Numbered from the stretch's first letter, positions 38,714-52,196 are shown. The stretch is 64,000 nucleotides of DNA from Octopus vulgaris (GCA_951406725.2 OX597835.1:41168001-41232000), one strand, 5' to 3'. Notes: generated by a model not told the origin, from the letters alone. Made by a program: numbers and translations.

Positions 38714-40654
38714 TTAAAAAGCAATGAAGAGAAAATAGGAGCTAAGTTAATTTGATCTTGACTTTAATTTGAAGTTGATTTTGCTTTCATATATATTATT
38801 ATAACTACTTCTTTGATATCTCCTGGTAATTTTGGCAGATTATTTTCTAATTCCCCTTATAAATAAATTATGATCTATGAAATTTCTTGGAGAGGAATAT
38901 GGTTGATTGAAATAACTTTGGTATATTAGTGGAACACACCTTATAGAAGTCCCAAAAGTATAAAAAAAAACCCCCCCATGAACATAGAGCAATAAATATT
39001 TCTTTACTGCCCACAAGGGGCTAAACACAGAGGGGACAAACAAGGACAGACAAAGGGATTAAGTCGATTACATCGACCCCAGTGCGTAACTGGTACTTTA
39101 TTTATTGACTCCAAAAGGATGAAAGGCAAAGTTGACCTCAGCGGAATTTGAACTCAGAACGTAACGGCAGACGAAATACGGCTACGCATTTCGCCCGGCA
39201 TAGGGCAATAAAGCCAAAATAACATGAAGCATTTACTTTATTATTTTGGAAATTCCACTACCAATTTCCAAGAAATATTCACTCCTGGAATACAAACAAG
39301 GCTACAGATTAGGGGAAGAATTAGTTGATTAAATCAACTCCATTAACCACAAAAGAATCAAATGATACGAGAATGAGTTGGTCTCAATTCAGAACAGGAT
39401 AGGGTAACATGTTGTATCATATTAATTTGTCATTATCCCAAACATAATGAAGGAAGGGCATTTTTTTTGTTTGCTGGTTTCAGGGAAGGTGGGGGTTGTA
39501 ATAATTTTTCTAACGCTGACACAAATCTACAAGTTTTTATTTATTTTTTTTTACTTATATCAGGTTTTGTTTGGTGGAAGCTGTTACACCCATACTCTAT
39601 ACAGGCCCCTGAAAGTAAATTTTGAGAGGGATGGGGTATATAAAGTGTAGTGGTTGAGGGTAAGATGATACAACTCTAGAATATATTTGTTATCCTACAC
39701 ACCCATCCTACTCACCACAACCACACTGGATAATGTCACAAAGAACTGTTCATTTAGTTCTTGTGATTCTGTCAATTCTTCAGTACTATGACCCAAGAAC
39801 TCACCGGAATAACAACAACAACAACAATAAATACCATCTTAGCAACAATCTGAGTAGTTGTTGTTCCTGTACCAAATCTCTCCATGTTGAATTTGTAATT
39901 TTTTTTCAAAAAGCGGAAGTCTCATTGGGTAATTCAGTTTGCTAGAAATAACAGCAAAATCACCCGCAAATCACACACTACCATTAATAAAAAATAGAAA
40001 AAGGAAAAACTCATTGGAGAATATAGTCCAAGATACACTATGCCTGATCACTACCTACAAAGAGGGAAGTAATAAAACAGGATGGTCCTGATTGGAATAC
40101 CTCGTGTCATAGGTTTAGTTAATTAAGATAAACAACAATGGTTCTAAGGCACCAGTAGATAGAAAACTACAAATTTTGATGTAATTATTTCTAAATTACG
40201 TTGAAAGGTCATTAATTGTTTATTTTAAGAGGGGGTGCATGTTTACATAGTTAATTATATCACTGGAAGTACTTATTAAGAATAATTTAGTTGTAGAGAA
40301 ACACCATCATCATCATCATCATCACACCACCATCATCACCACCACCACCACCGCCGCCGCCACCACCACCATCATCATCATCATCATCATCATCATAGTT
40401 TTAATGACCACTTTTCCATGCTTGTATGGGTTCAGTGGAGTTTATTGAGACTGATTTTTTTTATGGCCAGTTGCCTTTCCTGTTGCCAACCTTCACCTGT
40501 TTCTAAGCAAATTATTATTCCCCCCCCCCATAACCAGGCGTGTTGCTATAGTATACTGGAAATGAATGATGTTGCTTGTATGACAGCGACAATTATTTTA
40601 CAACAATCACGTGATGTCCAGACAAGGCGACACAAAAATACACTTTTCCATACT

Positions 40655-41043
40655 TGCCAGCCTCGCCTGGCCCCCGTGCCGGTGGCACATAAAAAGCACC
40701 ATCCGATCGTGGCCGTTTGCCAGCCTCGTCTGGCCCCCGTGCCGGTGGCACATAAAAAGCACCATCCGATCGTGGCCGTTTGCCAGCCTCGTCTGGCCCC
40801 CGAGCCGGTGGTACGTAAAAAGCACCATCTGATCGTGGCCGTTTGCCAGCCTCGTCTGGCACGTAGAAAGCACCCACTACACTCATGGAGTGGTTGGCGT
40901 TAGGAAGGGCATCCAGCCATAGAAACATTGCTAGATCAGACTGGAGTCTGGTGCAGCCTTCTGGCTTCCCAGACCCCGGTCGAACCGTCCAACTCATGCT
41001 AGCATGGAAAACGGACGCTAAACGATGATGATGATGATGATGA
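40655..41043 (+). mobile_element. RTE LINE 3' UTR fragment with 3.3 x 63-bp tandem repeats
   Basis: Units start at 40655, 40718, 40781 and 40844; (GAT)n tail. Confidence 0.88.
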
Positions 41044-41667
41044 CATTTACACGTGTGTGGCTGTGTGGTAAAGAAGCTTGCTTTCCAATCATATGGCATT
41101 GGGTTCAGTCCCACTAAACTGCATCTTGAGTAAGTGTCTTCAACTCTATAGCATCGTGCTAACCAAAGCCTCATGAGTAGCTCTTGTAAATATAAACTTA
41201 AAGAAGCTCGTTGTATATATAACCATCATTGTCACCGTGTGCAGGTATGTGCATATATAGATGTGCATGTAGGTATGTACGTATATAGACGTGTGTGTGC
41301 GTGCATGCGAGTCTGTGCATATATAGACATATTTTACTCTTATGACTTATTTTTTACACTTTTTTGTGTATTTTTGCCTTTAGTCCTGTTTTTTCTTGTG
41401 CATGTATGTATATAGATGTGTATATGAACCCTTTTTTGTGCACGCATGTGTATGTGTGCAAATTGTGTATGCAGGTATGTATATATTTTTTGGCGAATGT
41501 GTGGGTGAGCATGTGTGTGTTTCAACTGAGGGTGGATGAGTATACATATAAGCATATGTATGTGCGTGTGTGGGCGTGCATGTGTAAATATGGACATGTG
41601 TGCTTAACACAAAGACTCATATAAAGAATCTTGCAAACCAAATCCAAAAATGAAATATATGTATATA

Positions 41668-42920
41668 TTGGGTTGTCTGGAAAGTTCGTGCCAATTTTTA
41701 AAGGAAAGAAAAAGGTCAATAAATACTTGCCATTACATTTTTATTCAACCAAATATGAACCGTTTTGTTGCACAATGCGTTTCCATCTTTCCTTTAACTT
41801 GAAAATACCCTCTTCCCAGAATTGAGGTGGCTTCATGGCAAAGAATTCATCAAGGTATCTTTTTACGTCATCCAAGGAATTGAAATTTTTACCATTAAGA
41901 CTATTCTGCAGAGACCTGAATAAGTAGAAATCCGAAGGAGCAATATCTGGTGAATATGGAGGGTGGGGTAACACATCCCAGCCGAGCTGCAGCAAATTTT
42001 GTCTGGTTCCCAAAGCATCAAATGCCGAAAATGAACTTTCTTATCTTCCATTTTAAAGGGTTACAGAATTAACACAGGTTTACTCCCTCCACAACACTGA
42101 TATCAAGAAATCCTCTTGCGAGCGTGACCTAGGCATCACTGTCAGCAGTGATTTGCGTTGGACAAAGCATATCTCTAAAATTGTCAAGAAGGCCGAGGGT
42201 GTCTTGGCATCACTCAGCAAGACTTTTGTTAGCCGCTCTCCAGCCATCTATTTAAAACTGTATACAGCTATGGTACGACCACACTTGGAATTCGCATCAT
42301 CAGTTTGGAACCCCTATCTTGCTCAGAACATTGACCTCCTGGAATCTGTTCAGAGACGTGCAACCAAACGCATACCCTCCATCAGACACCTACCATATTC
42401 TGAGCGCCTTGTTTCCCTGGGCATGGATTCACTGAAGCTCCGGCGTCTGGCGACGGACTTGGTAAACACCCACAAAGTTGTCAACCACCTCACCAATAAC
42501 AACACTGAACACCTTTTTGATCTCCATGTGTCTAACACACGTGGACATGCCTACAAAGTCAGAAAACAACACAGCTCCCATGACTTTCGGAAACATTTCT
42601 TCACACTCAGAGTTGCTGAAGCATGGAATAAACTGCCTGTGTCAGTTGTTGACTGCCATGACACTGCATCCTTTAAGGCCCTCATGCTTCCCGAAATCCG
42701 TCGAAACTACACCTGATTATATATACACTTTCGATGAGTTGTAGTGCACCTGAGCACTGTACACAATGTTTATTATTATTATTATTTAAACCTTCTTCCA
42801 TGAAAAGATAGCTTAAAATGTGCTCTAAATAGAGGTGTAGTCAAATCCTATTTTATGGACTCAACCATAAGTCGAAAGATAAGCTACTATAAATCGGCAC
42901 AAACTTTCTGGACAACCCAA
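41668..42920 (-). mobile_element. Internally deleted mariner element interrupted by a CR1 LINE
   Basis: TA-TTGGGTTGTCTGGAAAGTTCGTGCCAATTT TIRs; MEDKKVHFRHLML joined to LGWDVLPHPPYSPDIAPSDFYLFRSLQN. Confidence 0.9.
42082..42786 (+). mobile_element. 5'-truncated CR1 LINE, RT C-terminus with open frame to 42716
   Basis: RDLGITVSSDLRW, VRPHLEFASSVWNPY, LESVQRRATK, LPYSERL, TRGH, FF..RV..WNKLP; (TTA)n tail. Confidence 0.92.
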
Positions 42921-43229
42921 TATATATATATATTTATATATATATATATATACACACACACATACATGCATACATATGTGTATGTGTGTGCATGTATCTT
43001 TATTTATTTATGTGACAAGCTCCTTTCAGTGCCTGTCTTCCAAATTCACTCACAAGACATTCATCAACCCAAGGCATCCATCAGCCAGATCTATAGTAGA
43101 AGACACTCACCCAAAGGGCCACACAGTGGAAGTGAACCTGAAACGATGTGGTTGGGAAGGAAATGTCTTTACCACAGGCCACACTTGTGTGTCTGAAAAA
43201 TACATAAACACTGTTTCAAAAATATATAT

Positions 43230-43452
43230 ACTCTTTACTCTCTTTTACTTGTTTCAGTCATTTGACTGCGGCCATGCTGGAGCACAGCCGTTAGTCGAGC
43301 AAATCGACCCGGGGACTTATTCTTTGTAAGCCCAGTACTTACTCTATCGGTCTCTTTTGCCGAACTGCTAAGTGACGGGGACGTAAACACACCAGCATCG
43401 GTTGTCAAGCAATGCTAGAGAGACAAACACAGACACACAAACACACACACAT

Positions 43453-43497
<45 letters not shown>

Positions 43498-43653
43498 GAC
43501 AGGCTTCTTTCAGTTTCCGTCTACCAAATCCACTCACAAGGCTTTGGTCGGCCCAGGGCTATAGCAGACAACACTTGCCCAAGATGGCACGCAGTGGGAC
43601 TGAACCCTGAACCATGTGGTTGGTAAACAACCTACTTACCACACAGCCACTCC
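43230..43653 (-). mobile_element. SINE family A, full length (another copy at 44681-45047)
   Basis: Head, internal microsatellite and tail. Confidence 0.88.
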
Positions 43654-44266
43654 TATATAGCAACCCCCCCCAAAAAAAAAAACCCAAAAAACAAAAAAAC
43701 CCAATTTGTGGGGATGATCATAAATGAAATAAATACTTGTTTTGATCTCATAGATCTGTCTGCCCAATTATAAGCAACAAGGGGTTAAGCAAGAAAACCA
43801 ACAACAACAACAAAAAAAATCCCAGCTACAGACAACCTCACATAGTTTTAGCACTGGAGCAAGTTCCAGACATTTTTTTAGTGCTTACTCAATTGGGTAC
43901 AAAAAATAAAACTTCATTTTTTTATTTTTATATCTTTTCTACCGGGGTGGGGTGGGGGTGGGGATTATATCATATATTTTTTTCTTTTTTAAATAGAGAT
44001 TGATGGTGGATTATATGTCTATTAGAGATGATTCATATCCACGCGAGAGCATTCCCCCCACACTTGTGTCAGATTAAAACAAACTGTATTTGCTCTATAA
44101 ACAGATAGAGACGGTATTAGCTTTCATTCATAATAATATTCCTGTTCAAGAAATATTACTTATGTGTTTTTTTTGTTGTTTTGTTTGTTATTTAAATTGC
44201 GATAGAGAATACAAGATGATGAAAATGAGTGCATGCGTATGTGTAAGTATATGTTTAAATATATAC

Positions 44267-44310
<44 letters not shown>

Positions 44311-44341
44311 GTATATATATGTATATATATATATGTATATA

Positions 44342-44408
<67 letters not shown>

Positions 44409-44455
44409 GTATATATATATATATATATATATGCATATATATATATATATGTATA

Positions 44456-44541
<86 letters not shown>

Positions 44542-45061
44542 ATAATATGTGTATATATATATATATATGTATATATATAATAGTGTGTGTGTTATATATA
44601 TATATATATTGTTATCCCATGGTGGGTTGAATTTTCAACCCCTATCTCATTTTATAACCTATATATATATATATATATATACTCTCTTTTACTCTTTTAC
44701 TTGTTTCAGTCATTTGACTGTGGCCATGCTGGAGCACCACCTTTAGTCGAGCAAATCACCCCCAGGACTTATTCTTTGTAAGGCTAGTACTTATTCTATC
44801 GGTCTCTTTTGCCGAACCACTAAGTTACGGGGACATAAACACACCAGCATCGGTTGTCAAGCGATGTCAGGAGGACAAACACAGACACTCAAACACATAC
44901 ACACACATACATATATATACATATATACGATGGGCTTCTTTCAGTTTCCGTCTATCAAATCCACTCACAAGGCTTTGGTCGGCCCGAGGCTATAGCAGAA
45001 GACACTTGCCCAAGGTGCCACGTGGTGGGACTGAACCCTGAACCATGGTGTATATATATAT

Positions 45062-45104
<43 letters not shown>

Positions 45105-45542
45105 CCTGCAATGTTATTTGGTAGTGAAACATGGGCTACAACAAAGAGAGAAGAGCAGAGACTGGTAACGGCTCAAAGGGCCATGGAAAGGTCAATGCTT
45201 GGTATCTCATTGAGAGAGCACATCAGTAGCAAGATCATCAGAAAGAAGTCCGGCGAGGGATGTCATCGCAGAATATACAAGCAGCAAGTTTAGATGGGCT
45301 GGACATGTCACCCGGCTCACCGATAATCGGTGGACCCGCACAGTCGTCGAGTGGTACCCACGCGAGCGGAAACGACCAGCTGGAAGGCCTCCACGATGGT
45401 GGAGTTACGATTTCAGGAGGATGATTGGGATCACGTGGATGAGAAAGGCGCGATCCAGAGAGGAGTGGACAGCATGCTGTGACCAGCGGTGTCAAATGGA
45501 CGCCCGACTGACTGGTCGGTCAAGGTGATCATGGTGATATAT
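45105..45542 (+). pseudogene. RTE-clade LINE 3' end (second RTE family)
   Basis: PAMLFGSETW...QRAMERSMLGI, frameshift, then KFRWAGHV.RLTDNRWT..V.EWYPRERKRPAGRPP. Confidence 0.85.
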
Positions 45543-45783
45543 GCTATAATTTATAGAGCAAACAGTAAATGGTTGTCATTATTAGTACTCAGAGTTTCGA
45601 TTGTCAGAGCAAAGCAAATTTATATGGAAAGAAGAGGTTGATTTACATGAAGGAAAATATATAGGAGAATTTGTTTTTGAAAATGCATCTGAATTTTAAA
45701 AACTTCTAATTGTTTTCAAAAAAATTTTTTTACATACATACAAAACTAATTTCAACCATTTTTTGTTTATCAATGGTATAAAC

Positions 45784-45814
<31 letters not shown>

Positions 45815-45894
45815 TGTATGTATGTATGTATGTATGTATGTATGTATGTATGTATGTATGTATGTATGTATGTATGTATGTATGGATGAATGAA

Positions 45895-46224
45895 TGTAAA
45901 GGGTAAAGACCCCCTTCGGTCATGAATGACCATGGGATTGCACCTAGAAAGTTACCTTCCTAGATACAAGTCCGGGCAAGGTTGTTTATGGAAGACCAGC
46001 AGTCGCCCATGCATACCGGCCTCTCCTCTCCACGCCACCAGTGTTATCCAACAAAGGTCGATACTGCTTGGCACCAGTGACGTCGCAACTCATTTCTGCA
46101 GCTGAGTGAACTGGAGCAACGTGAAATAAAGTGCCTTGCTCGAGAACACAACACGCAGCCCGGTCCGGGATTCGAGTTCACAACCTCACGATCGTAAGCT
46201 CGACGCTCTAACCACTGAGCCATG
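45895..46224 (-). mobile_element. tRNA-derived CORE-like SINE (older copy at ~58585-58905)
   Basis: TGGCTCAGTGG and AACTCGAATCC boxes; TTCTCGAGCAAGGCACTTTATTTCACGTTGCTCCAGTTCACTCAGCTG core-like block. Confidence 0.8.
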
Positions 46225-46352
46225 TATGTATGTATGTATACATCAATATATATATATGTATGTATACATCTATATCTATGTCTGTATCTATACCTATCTA
46301 TCTATTTATATATATAGATGTATATATAAATATAAATGCCTGTGTGTATGTG

Positions 46353-46398
<46 letters not shown>

Positions 46399-46681
46399 TT
46401 GTGTGTATAGATATATGTATATGATATTGCATCCTCCTCCTCATCATCATTATTTAAAGCTATTTCCCCTTTCCAATGGTTCCTGTATACACAATGTCTG
46501 TTTCAGCACCCAGCCATGCCCATCACTATGAGGGTTATTTTGCTGTGTTTTTCTTTAATTTCTTTGTGTTGTTTTTAGCAAAGAGCTTTATGAAAATATT
46601 ATTTTCTAATTAACATATGTAGAGGAAGAGATTGTGGAAACTTGTGCATTCTTACAAACACATTTACACACTCCTACACGT

Positions 46682-47077
46682 CTACATACATGCGTACTTA
46701 CATACATACATACATACATGCATGCATACATACATACATACATACATACATGCATGCATACATACATACATACATGCATGCATGTATACGTACATACATA
46801 CATACATACATACATACATACATACATACATACATACATACATACATACATACATACTTACATACATACATGCATGCATACATACATACATACATACATG
46901 CATGTATACGTACATACATGCATACATACATACATACATACATACATACTTGCATACATACTTACATACATACATGCATACGTACATACATGCATACCTA
47001 CATACTTACATACATACATACATACGTATATACGTACATATGTACATACGTACATACGTACATACATACATACATAC

Positions 47078-47108
<31 letters not shown>

Positions 47109-47186
47109 CATACATACATACATACATACATACATACATACATACATACATACATACATACATACATACATACATACATACATACA
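46682..47186. repeat. (TACA)n tetranucleotide tract
   Basis: Direct inspection. Confidence 0.95.
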
Positions 47187-47373
47187 GATACACGTAATGT
47201 GTGACAAATGCATAGATACATGAATAAGAAGTTCGTTTGCCAACCATATGGTTTCAGGTTCAGTCCCACTAAAAGATACCTTGGTTAAGTGGCTTCTGTT
47301 ATAGCCCTAGGCTGACCAAAGCCATGTGAGTGGACTTAGAAGAGAGAAACAGAAGAAGCCTATTATGTATGTA

Positions 47374-48630
47374 TTGGGTTATCCCATAAATAATGCGTTT
47401 TTTTTCAATTGCATGAGCTAAAATCGAAGGGGGATGGGATAAACTACCTGCATCAACTTGCTATAAAAGCAGGTAGTAATTTTACCCTGTCCTTATTCTT
47501 AGTGCAAGTTTTGAAGAGTGCGGTTATTTTTTCAAAGCCATAATGGAAGTGACAAAGGAGCATGTTCAGCATATTTTGCTTTATGAGTTCAATAAAGGCA
47601 ACAATGCAATGGAAAGTGCGAGGAATATTATTGCAGCATATGGGGATCAGACACTAAGCATAAGCCAATGTCAACAGTGATTCCAGGAAATTTTGAGCTG
47701 GAAACTACAGCCTAGAAGACGAGCCTAATCCTGGAAGATTTGTAGAGCTTGACAAGGATGGTCCTGCAAACCCTGGTGGAGCAAAATCCCATCATAACTG
47801 TTGAGGAACTAGCAGAGAAGCTTGGAAATGGTCACTCAACCATTCATCAACACCTGTGTACCATTGGAAAAGTCAGCAAAATGGGTCAATGGTTTCCTGA
47901 CAAATTTTCCTAGTCTAATTGCTCAGAGAGAGTGAATGTGTGCTCTTCTTCGCTGTCACATCTCACAAATGAATCTTTTTGGACTGAACAGTGACTAGTG
48001 ACAAGAAATGGGTTCTCTGTAAAAATGTCAAGTGCTGAAAACAGTGGGTAGGGGAAAGAGAAACACCAGCACCCCAGACTAAAGAAGGTCTTCACATATA
48101 TAAGGGGTTGTTATCTGTTTTGGAGGATATGAAAGGTTTAGTCCACTTTGAACTTTTAAATGATAACAAAGGAGATCTACTGCAAGCAGCTTGAGTGGTT
48201 TAAGTCAGCGCTAGAAGAAAAATGACCATCTTTGGTTTCAAGAGTTCTTTCATCAGGATAATGCTTGACCAGGTACAGTGAGGAGGACATTCCAAAGGCT
48301 GGAGCAGGTTGAATGGGAAATGATGCCCCACCCATCATATTCACTGGTCATTGCACCTTCTGAGTATCATTTATTCCAAAGTTTTCAAAATCATTTGGAT
48401 GGAAAAAATATGAATTCTGTAGACGAAGTCAGAAGTGTATTAGAGGAGTATTTTTCATCACAGACAAGTGAATCTTGGAAGAGAGACCTTGCAAGTCTAC
48501 CAGATCGATCTAAGAGCATTGTAGAAAATGAAGGAGAGTATATTTTAGATTAAAAAAAAAGACTTTGTTTATCTTAATTTTGCAAAATAAAAGAAGTATA
48601 AAAACCTACATTATTCATGAGATGACCCAA
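47374..48630 (+). mobile_element. Full-length decayed mariner (DD34D); transposase pseudogene 47543-48553
   Basis: TA-TTGGGTTATCCCATAAATAATG / CATTATTCATGAGATGACCCAA-TA TIRs; MEVTKEH..HILLYEF, GQWFP, TSDKKW, HQDNA, HPSYS..APSEYHLF. Confidence 0.92.
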
Positions 48631-48790
48631 TATATATGGCATCGCCATGGCTGTGAGGTAAAAAGCTTGCTTCCCAACTAGAAGATTTTGGGTTCAGTCC
48701 CAGTGTGGCACCTTGGACAAGTGTCTTCTACTATAGCCTCGGGCTGACCAAAGCATTGTGAGTAGACTTGACAGAAACTGAGAGAAGCCT

Positions 48791-48830
<40 letters not shown>

Positions 48831-48831
<1 letters not shown>

Positions 48832-49135
48832 GAAGGTGAGTCAAAAAGTAATGCCATTTTGTTTAGGACAGGTATAATTACCAACACAGGAACATGTATC
48901 ATACATCAAAATGAAGCTGGTCCTCTGTGGATCACATCCCTACTTCTCAACATAGTCACTGTTTCTCTCAATAGCAATGTTCCACCTTCAAATGAGAGCA
49001 TGTATCCCTGCCCCGTAAAATTCTTTTGATTGTTCTTTGAGCCACTTCTTCACTACAGCTTTCACTTCCTTGTCACTGGAATAATGTTTGCCTCTCAAAC
49101 CCTCTTTCATGGGGCTGAAGAGATGATAGTCCAGT
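48831..49135 (-). mobile_element. Mariner 3' fragment
   Basis: TA-CGAAGGTGAGTCAAAAAGTAATG end; DYHLFSPMKEGLRGKHYSSDKEVK...GIHALI. Confidence 0.8.
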
Positions 49136-49227
49136 GACCTTATTTGGAAACTGGCGAGGGTTGGTGACAGGAAGAGCATCTAACCATAGAAAATATGCTA
49201 CTATAAACTCTGTCTGACCCATGCAAT

Positions 49228-49582
49228 ACTCTTTTACTCTTTTTACTCTTTTACTTGTTTCAATCACTTGACTGTGGCCATGCTGGAACACAGCCTTTTT
49301 AGTCGGACAAATCGACCCCAGGACTTATTCTTTGTAAGCCTAGTACTTATTCTATCAGTCTCTTTTGCTGAACTGCTAAGTTATGGGGATGTAAACACAC
49401 CAGCATCAGTTGTCAAGCGATGCTGGAGGAACAAACACAGACACACAAATATATTCACACACACATACGCATATACATATGTGCATATATACGACGGGCT
49501 TCTTTCAGTTTCTGTCTACCAAATCCACTCACAAGGCTTTGGTCAGCCCGAGGCTACAGTAGAAGACATTTGCCCAAGGTGC
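49228..49582 (-). mobile_element. SINE family A, head truncated
   Basis: Tail, internal microsatellite and partial head. Confidence 0.82.
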
Positions 49583-51131
49583 ATAATTAACCAGGTCATT
49601 CAGGAAGGTGTAATAATAGTAGCTCCCAGGAGTTATTGGTTTTGAATTCCCCTGTTATGGCCTGGAGGTCAATGATGAAAAGGAGGGGTTTAAGGACTGT
49701 TAGCTGTTACAATGGTAGGCGTGATGCATTTGATAGAAGCAATTAGAAAGCAGTCTCCTGGACCAGGTGATGAAAATTACAGAGAGTATTATAGCCCAAT
49801 TAATTAGGAGCAGAATTAGGCTAGACGAAATGCAGTTTGGTTTTGTCTGGGGAAGAAGTACTACTGACACTATTTTCATAGTCAAGCAACTGTAAGAGAA
49901 GTACTTAGCTAAGTATAAACCATTATACTTGGCATTCATTGATCTAGAAAATGCCTTTGATAGAGAACCCCACTGTGTGATATGGTGAGTAGTGAGGAGT
50001 CTAGGGATTGATGAGTGGCTTGTGAAAGCTGTACAGGCATTGTACAAAGATGCTGTCAGTGAGGTGAGAGTTAACCATGAGTAGAGCAAAGAATTTGGGG
50101 TATAGGTAGGGGTTCATCAAGGCTCAGTCCTTAAACCCCCTCCTTTTCATCATTGACCTCGAGGCCATAACAGAGGAATTCAAGACCAGTAACCCCTGGG
50201 AACTACTATATGCTGATGATCTTGCCCTCATAGTAAATTCCATATCAGAGCTAGAGGAGAAATTCCAGTTATGGAAGCAAAACCTGGAATCTAAGGGCCT
50301 TAAAGTTAACTTAGCAAAGACTAAAGTCCTAGTATGCAAGAAAACTGACAGGACACTATGTACTTCATGTAGGTGGCCTTGTTCAGGTAGGTGGCCTTGT
50401 AGAAAATGTGTAGGCGGAAACTCCATATAGTGTACCCAGTGTAAGCTATGGACACAAGAGGTGCTGTGGATTAATAAGATTATCAGAGAAAATAGTGTTC
50501 ATATATGGAAGATCCACAGGATCCATAAAAATTATAGAGATTCAAGAAATTGATTAACTCAAATGCCCTAGTAGTTGATGGTAGACGTAAGCAATAATTT
50601 CTGTTACCTAGGGGACCAAATTAGTAGTGCAGGAGAATGCAAAGAGTGTAGGAGCTAGAATAAGAGTAGGGTGGAGGAAATTCAGAGAAATGTTACCTCT
50701 GTTGACTATGAAAAGTTTCTCTCTCTGAGTGAAAGGAAGATTGTATGATGCATGTATACAGACAGCAATTCTGCATGGTTGTGAGACATGGGACCGGAAT
50801 GCAGAAGACATGCAAAGGTTAGAGAGGAATGAGGCTAGTATGCTCTGCTGGGTGTGTAATGTAAGTGTACATGTTCAACAGAATGCTAGTGTTTTGTGAG
50901 AGAAGTTTGGTATAAGAGGAATGAGTTGCTGTGTGCAAGAGAGAAGACTGCATTGGTTTGGTCATGTGATGTGGATGGGTGCTGACTGCTCCATAAAGAA
51001 GAGCTGATCTCTCAAAGTAGATGGAACATGTGGAAGTCGGAGACCCAGGAAGACATGGAATGAAGTGCTGAAGAATTACCTCAGGACACTGAACCTTTCA
51101 GGTGAGATGACAAAAGACTGAGATGCCTGGT
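49583..51131 (+). pseudogene. Decayed RTE LINE reverse transcriptase region
   Basis: MQFGF, GRSTTD, FIDLENAFD, GVHQGS, LYADD (near 50207-50221), HGCETW, RPRKTW; many stops. Confidence 0.9.
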
Positions 51132-51134
51132 GGG

Positions 51135-51631
51135 TTCCCGAAAAATTTTTTATCCTATATCAATTATAAATAGATTAGTATTCATTTCCGGATTCTATCA
51201 CTCTGTGAAAGTTTCTAGTTCGAATCACACGTGTCTTGAGGTGCGCCTAAGATTTTTCTATTTGGATATATTTGGAGTACTTAAGTCTGCTCGGGACTTG
51301 GTGCTTGCTTCTTCCATGGGTATGAATAAGTATTTCATTTATATCTTGCGTATGTGCCGCTGAAGAGGGGAAAATTTCTTATGGATTAACCCCGAAATTG
51401 GACCAATACGGTAATAACGAATTTTTTAGAGATTTCTATCGGTTTGTTTCGAGACACATAAATTTAATGGTTATCGACAATTTTTTGTTTCGGCGTATCT
51501 GGCATTAGAATTTTTCTTCTGCCCTTATCTTGTAAATTATGTATAAATTTTACCTTTAAAGGCATTTTTTGATATGCTGGCCATTGATAACATTTTTTTC
51601 CAGAAAAATTTTTTATCCTATATCAATTATA
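51135..51631 (+). mobile_element. Retrozyme/Penelope pLTR-like unit (463-bp period, terminal direct repeat)
   Basis: GAAAAATTTTTTATCCTATATCAATTATA at 51140-51168 and 51603-51631; central hammerhead; ends in (TA)n. Confidence 0.7.
51355..51413 (+). ncRNA. Type I hammerhead ribozyme, canonical core
   Basis: tgccg-CTGAAGA-gggg(19 nt)cccc-GAAA-ttggaccaa-TA-cggta; predicted cleavage after A51408. Confidence 0.8.
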
Positions 51632-51783
51632 TATATATACATATATACAACAGGCTTCTTTCAGTTTCCATCTACCAAATCCACTCCCAAGGGCTTTGGT
51701 CAGCTTGAGGCTATAGTAGAAGACACTTGCCCAAGGTGCCGCGCAGTGGGAATAAATCTGGAACCATGTGGTTGGTAAGCAAG

Positions 51784-51829
<46 letters not shown>

Positions 51830-52157
51830 GTGTATGTGTGTATGTATGTATGTATAAATGAATATGTAAATACAAGCACTTGCACACACACACACACATT
51901 CACACCTCTGCATATCTTATTTCACAAGTTGTTGATAAACTATATATAGGTTGTACAGCATTTACATGATTTACGAGTAGAGAGAGAGAGGGAGAGAGAG
52001 GGAGAGAGAGAGAGGGAGAGAGAGAGAGAGGTAAACAGGCAGAAAGGGAGGTAGGTTGAGGGGGAGAAAGAGGGAGGGAGTGGGAAAATGTTAGAAGGTA
52101 AAAGAAGGAAAAGGAAACAGTGTACGGACAGAGAACACCAGATAGAGATAGGGATAG

Positions 52158-52196
<39 letters not shown>

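Noticed and set aside
40655-40865. Regularly spaced repeats resembling a CRISPR array
   Set aside because: Whole 63-bp units repeat with no unique spacers; part of a LINE 3' UTR in eukaryotic DNA; no cas genes
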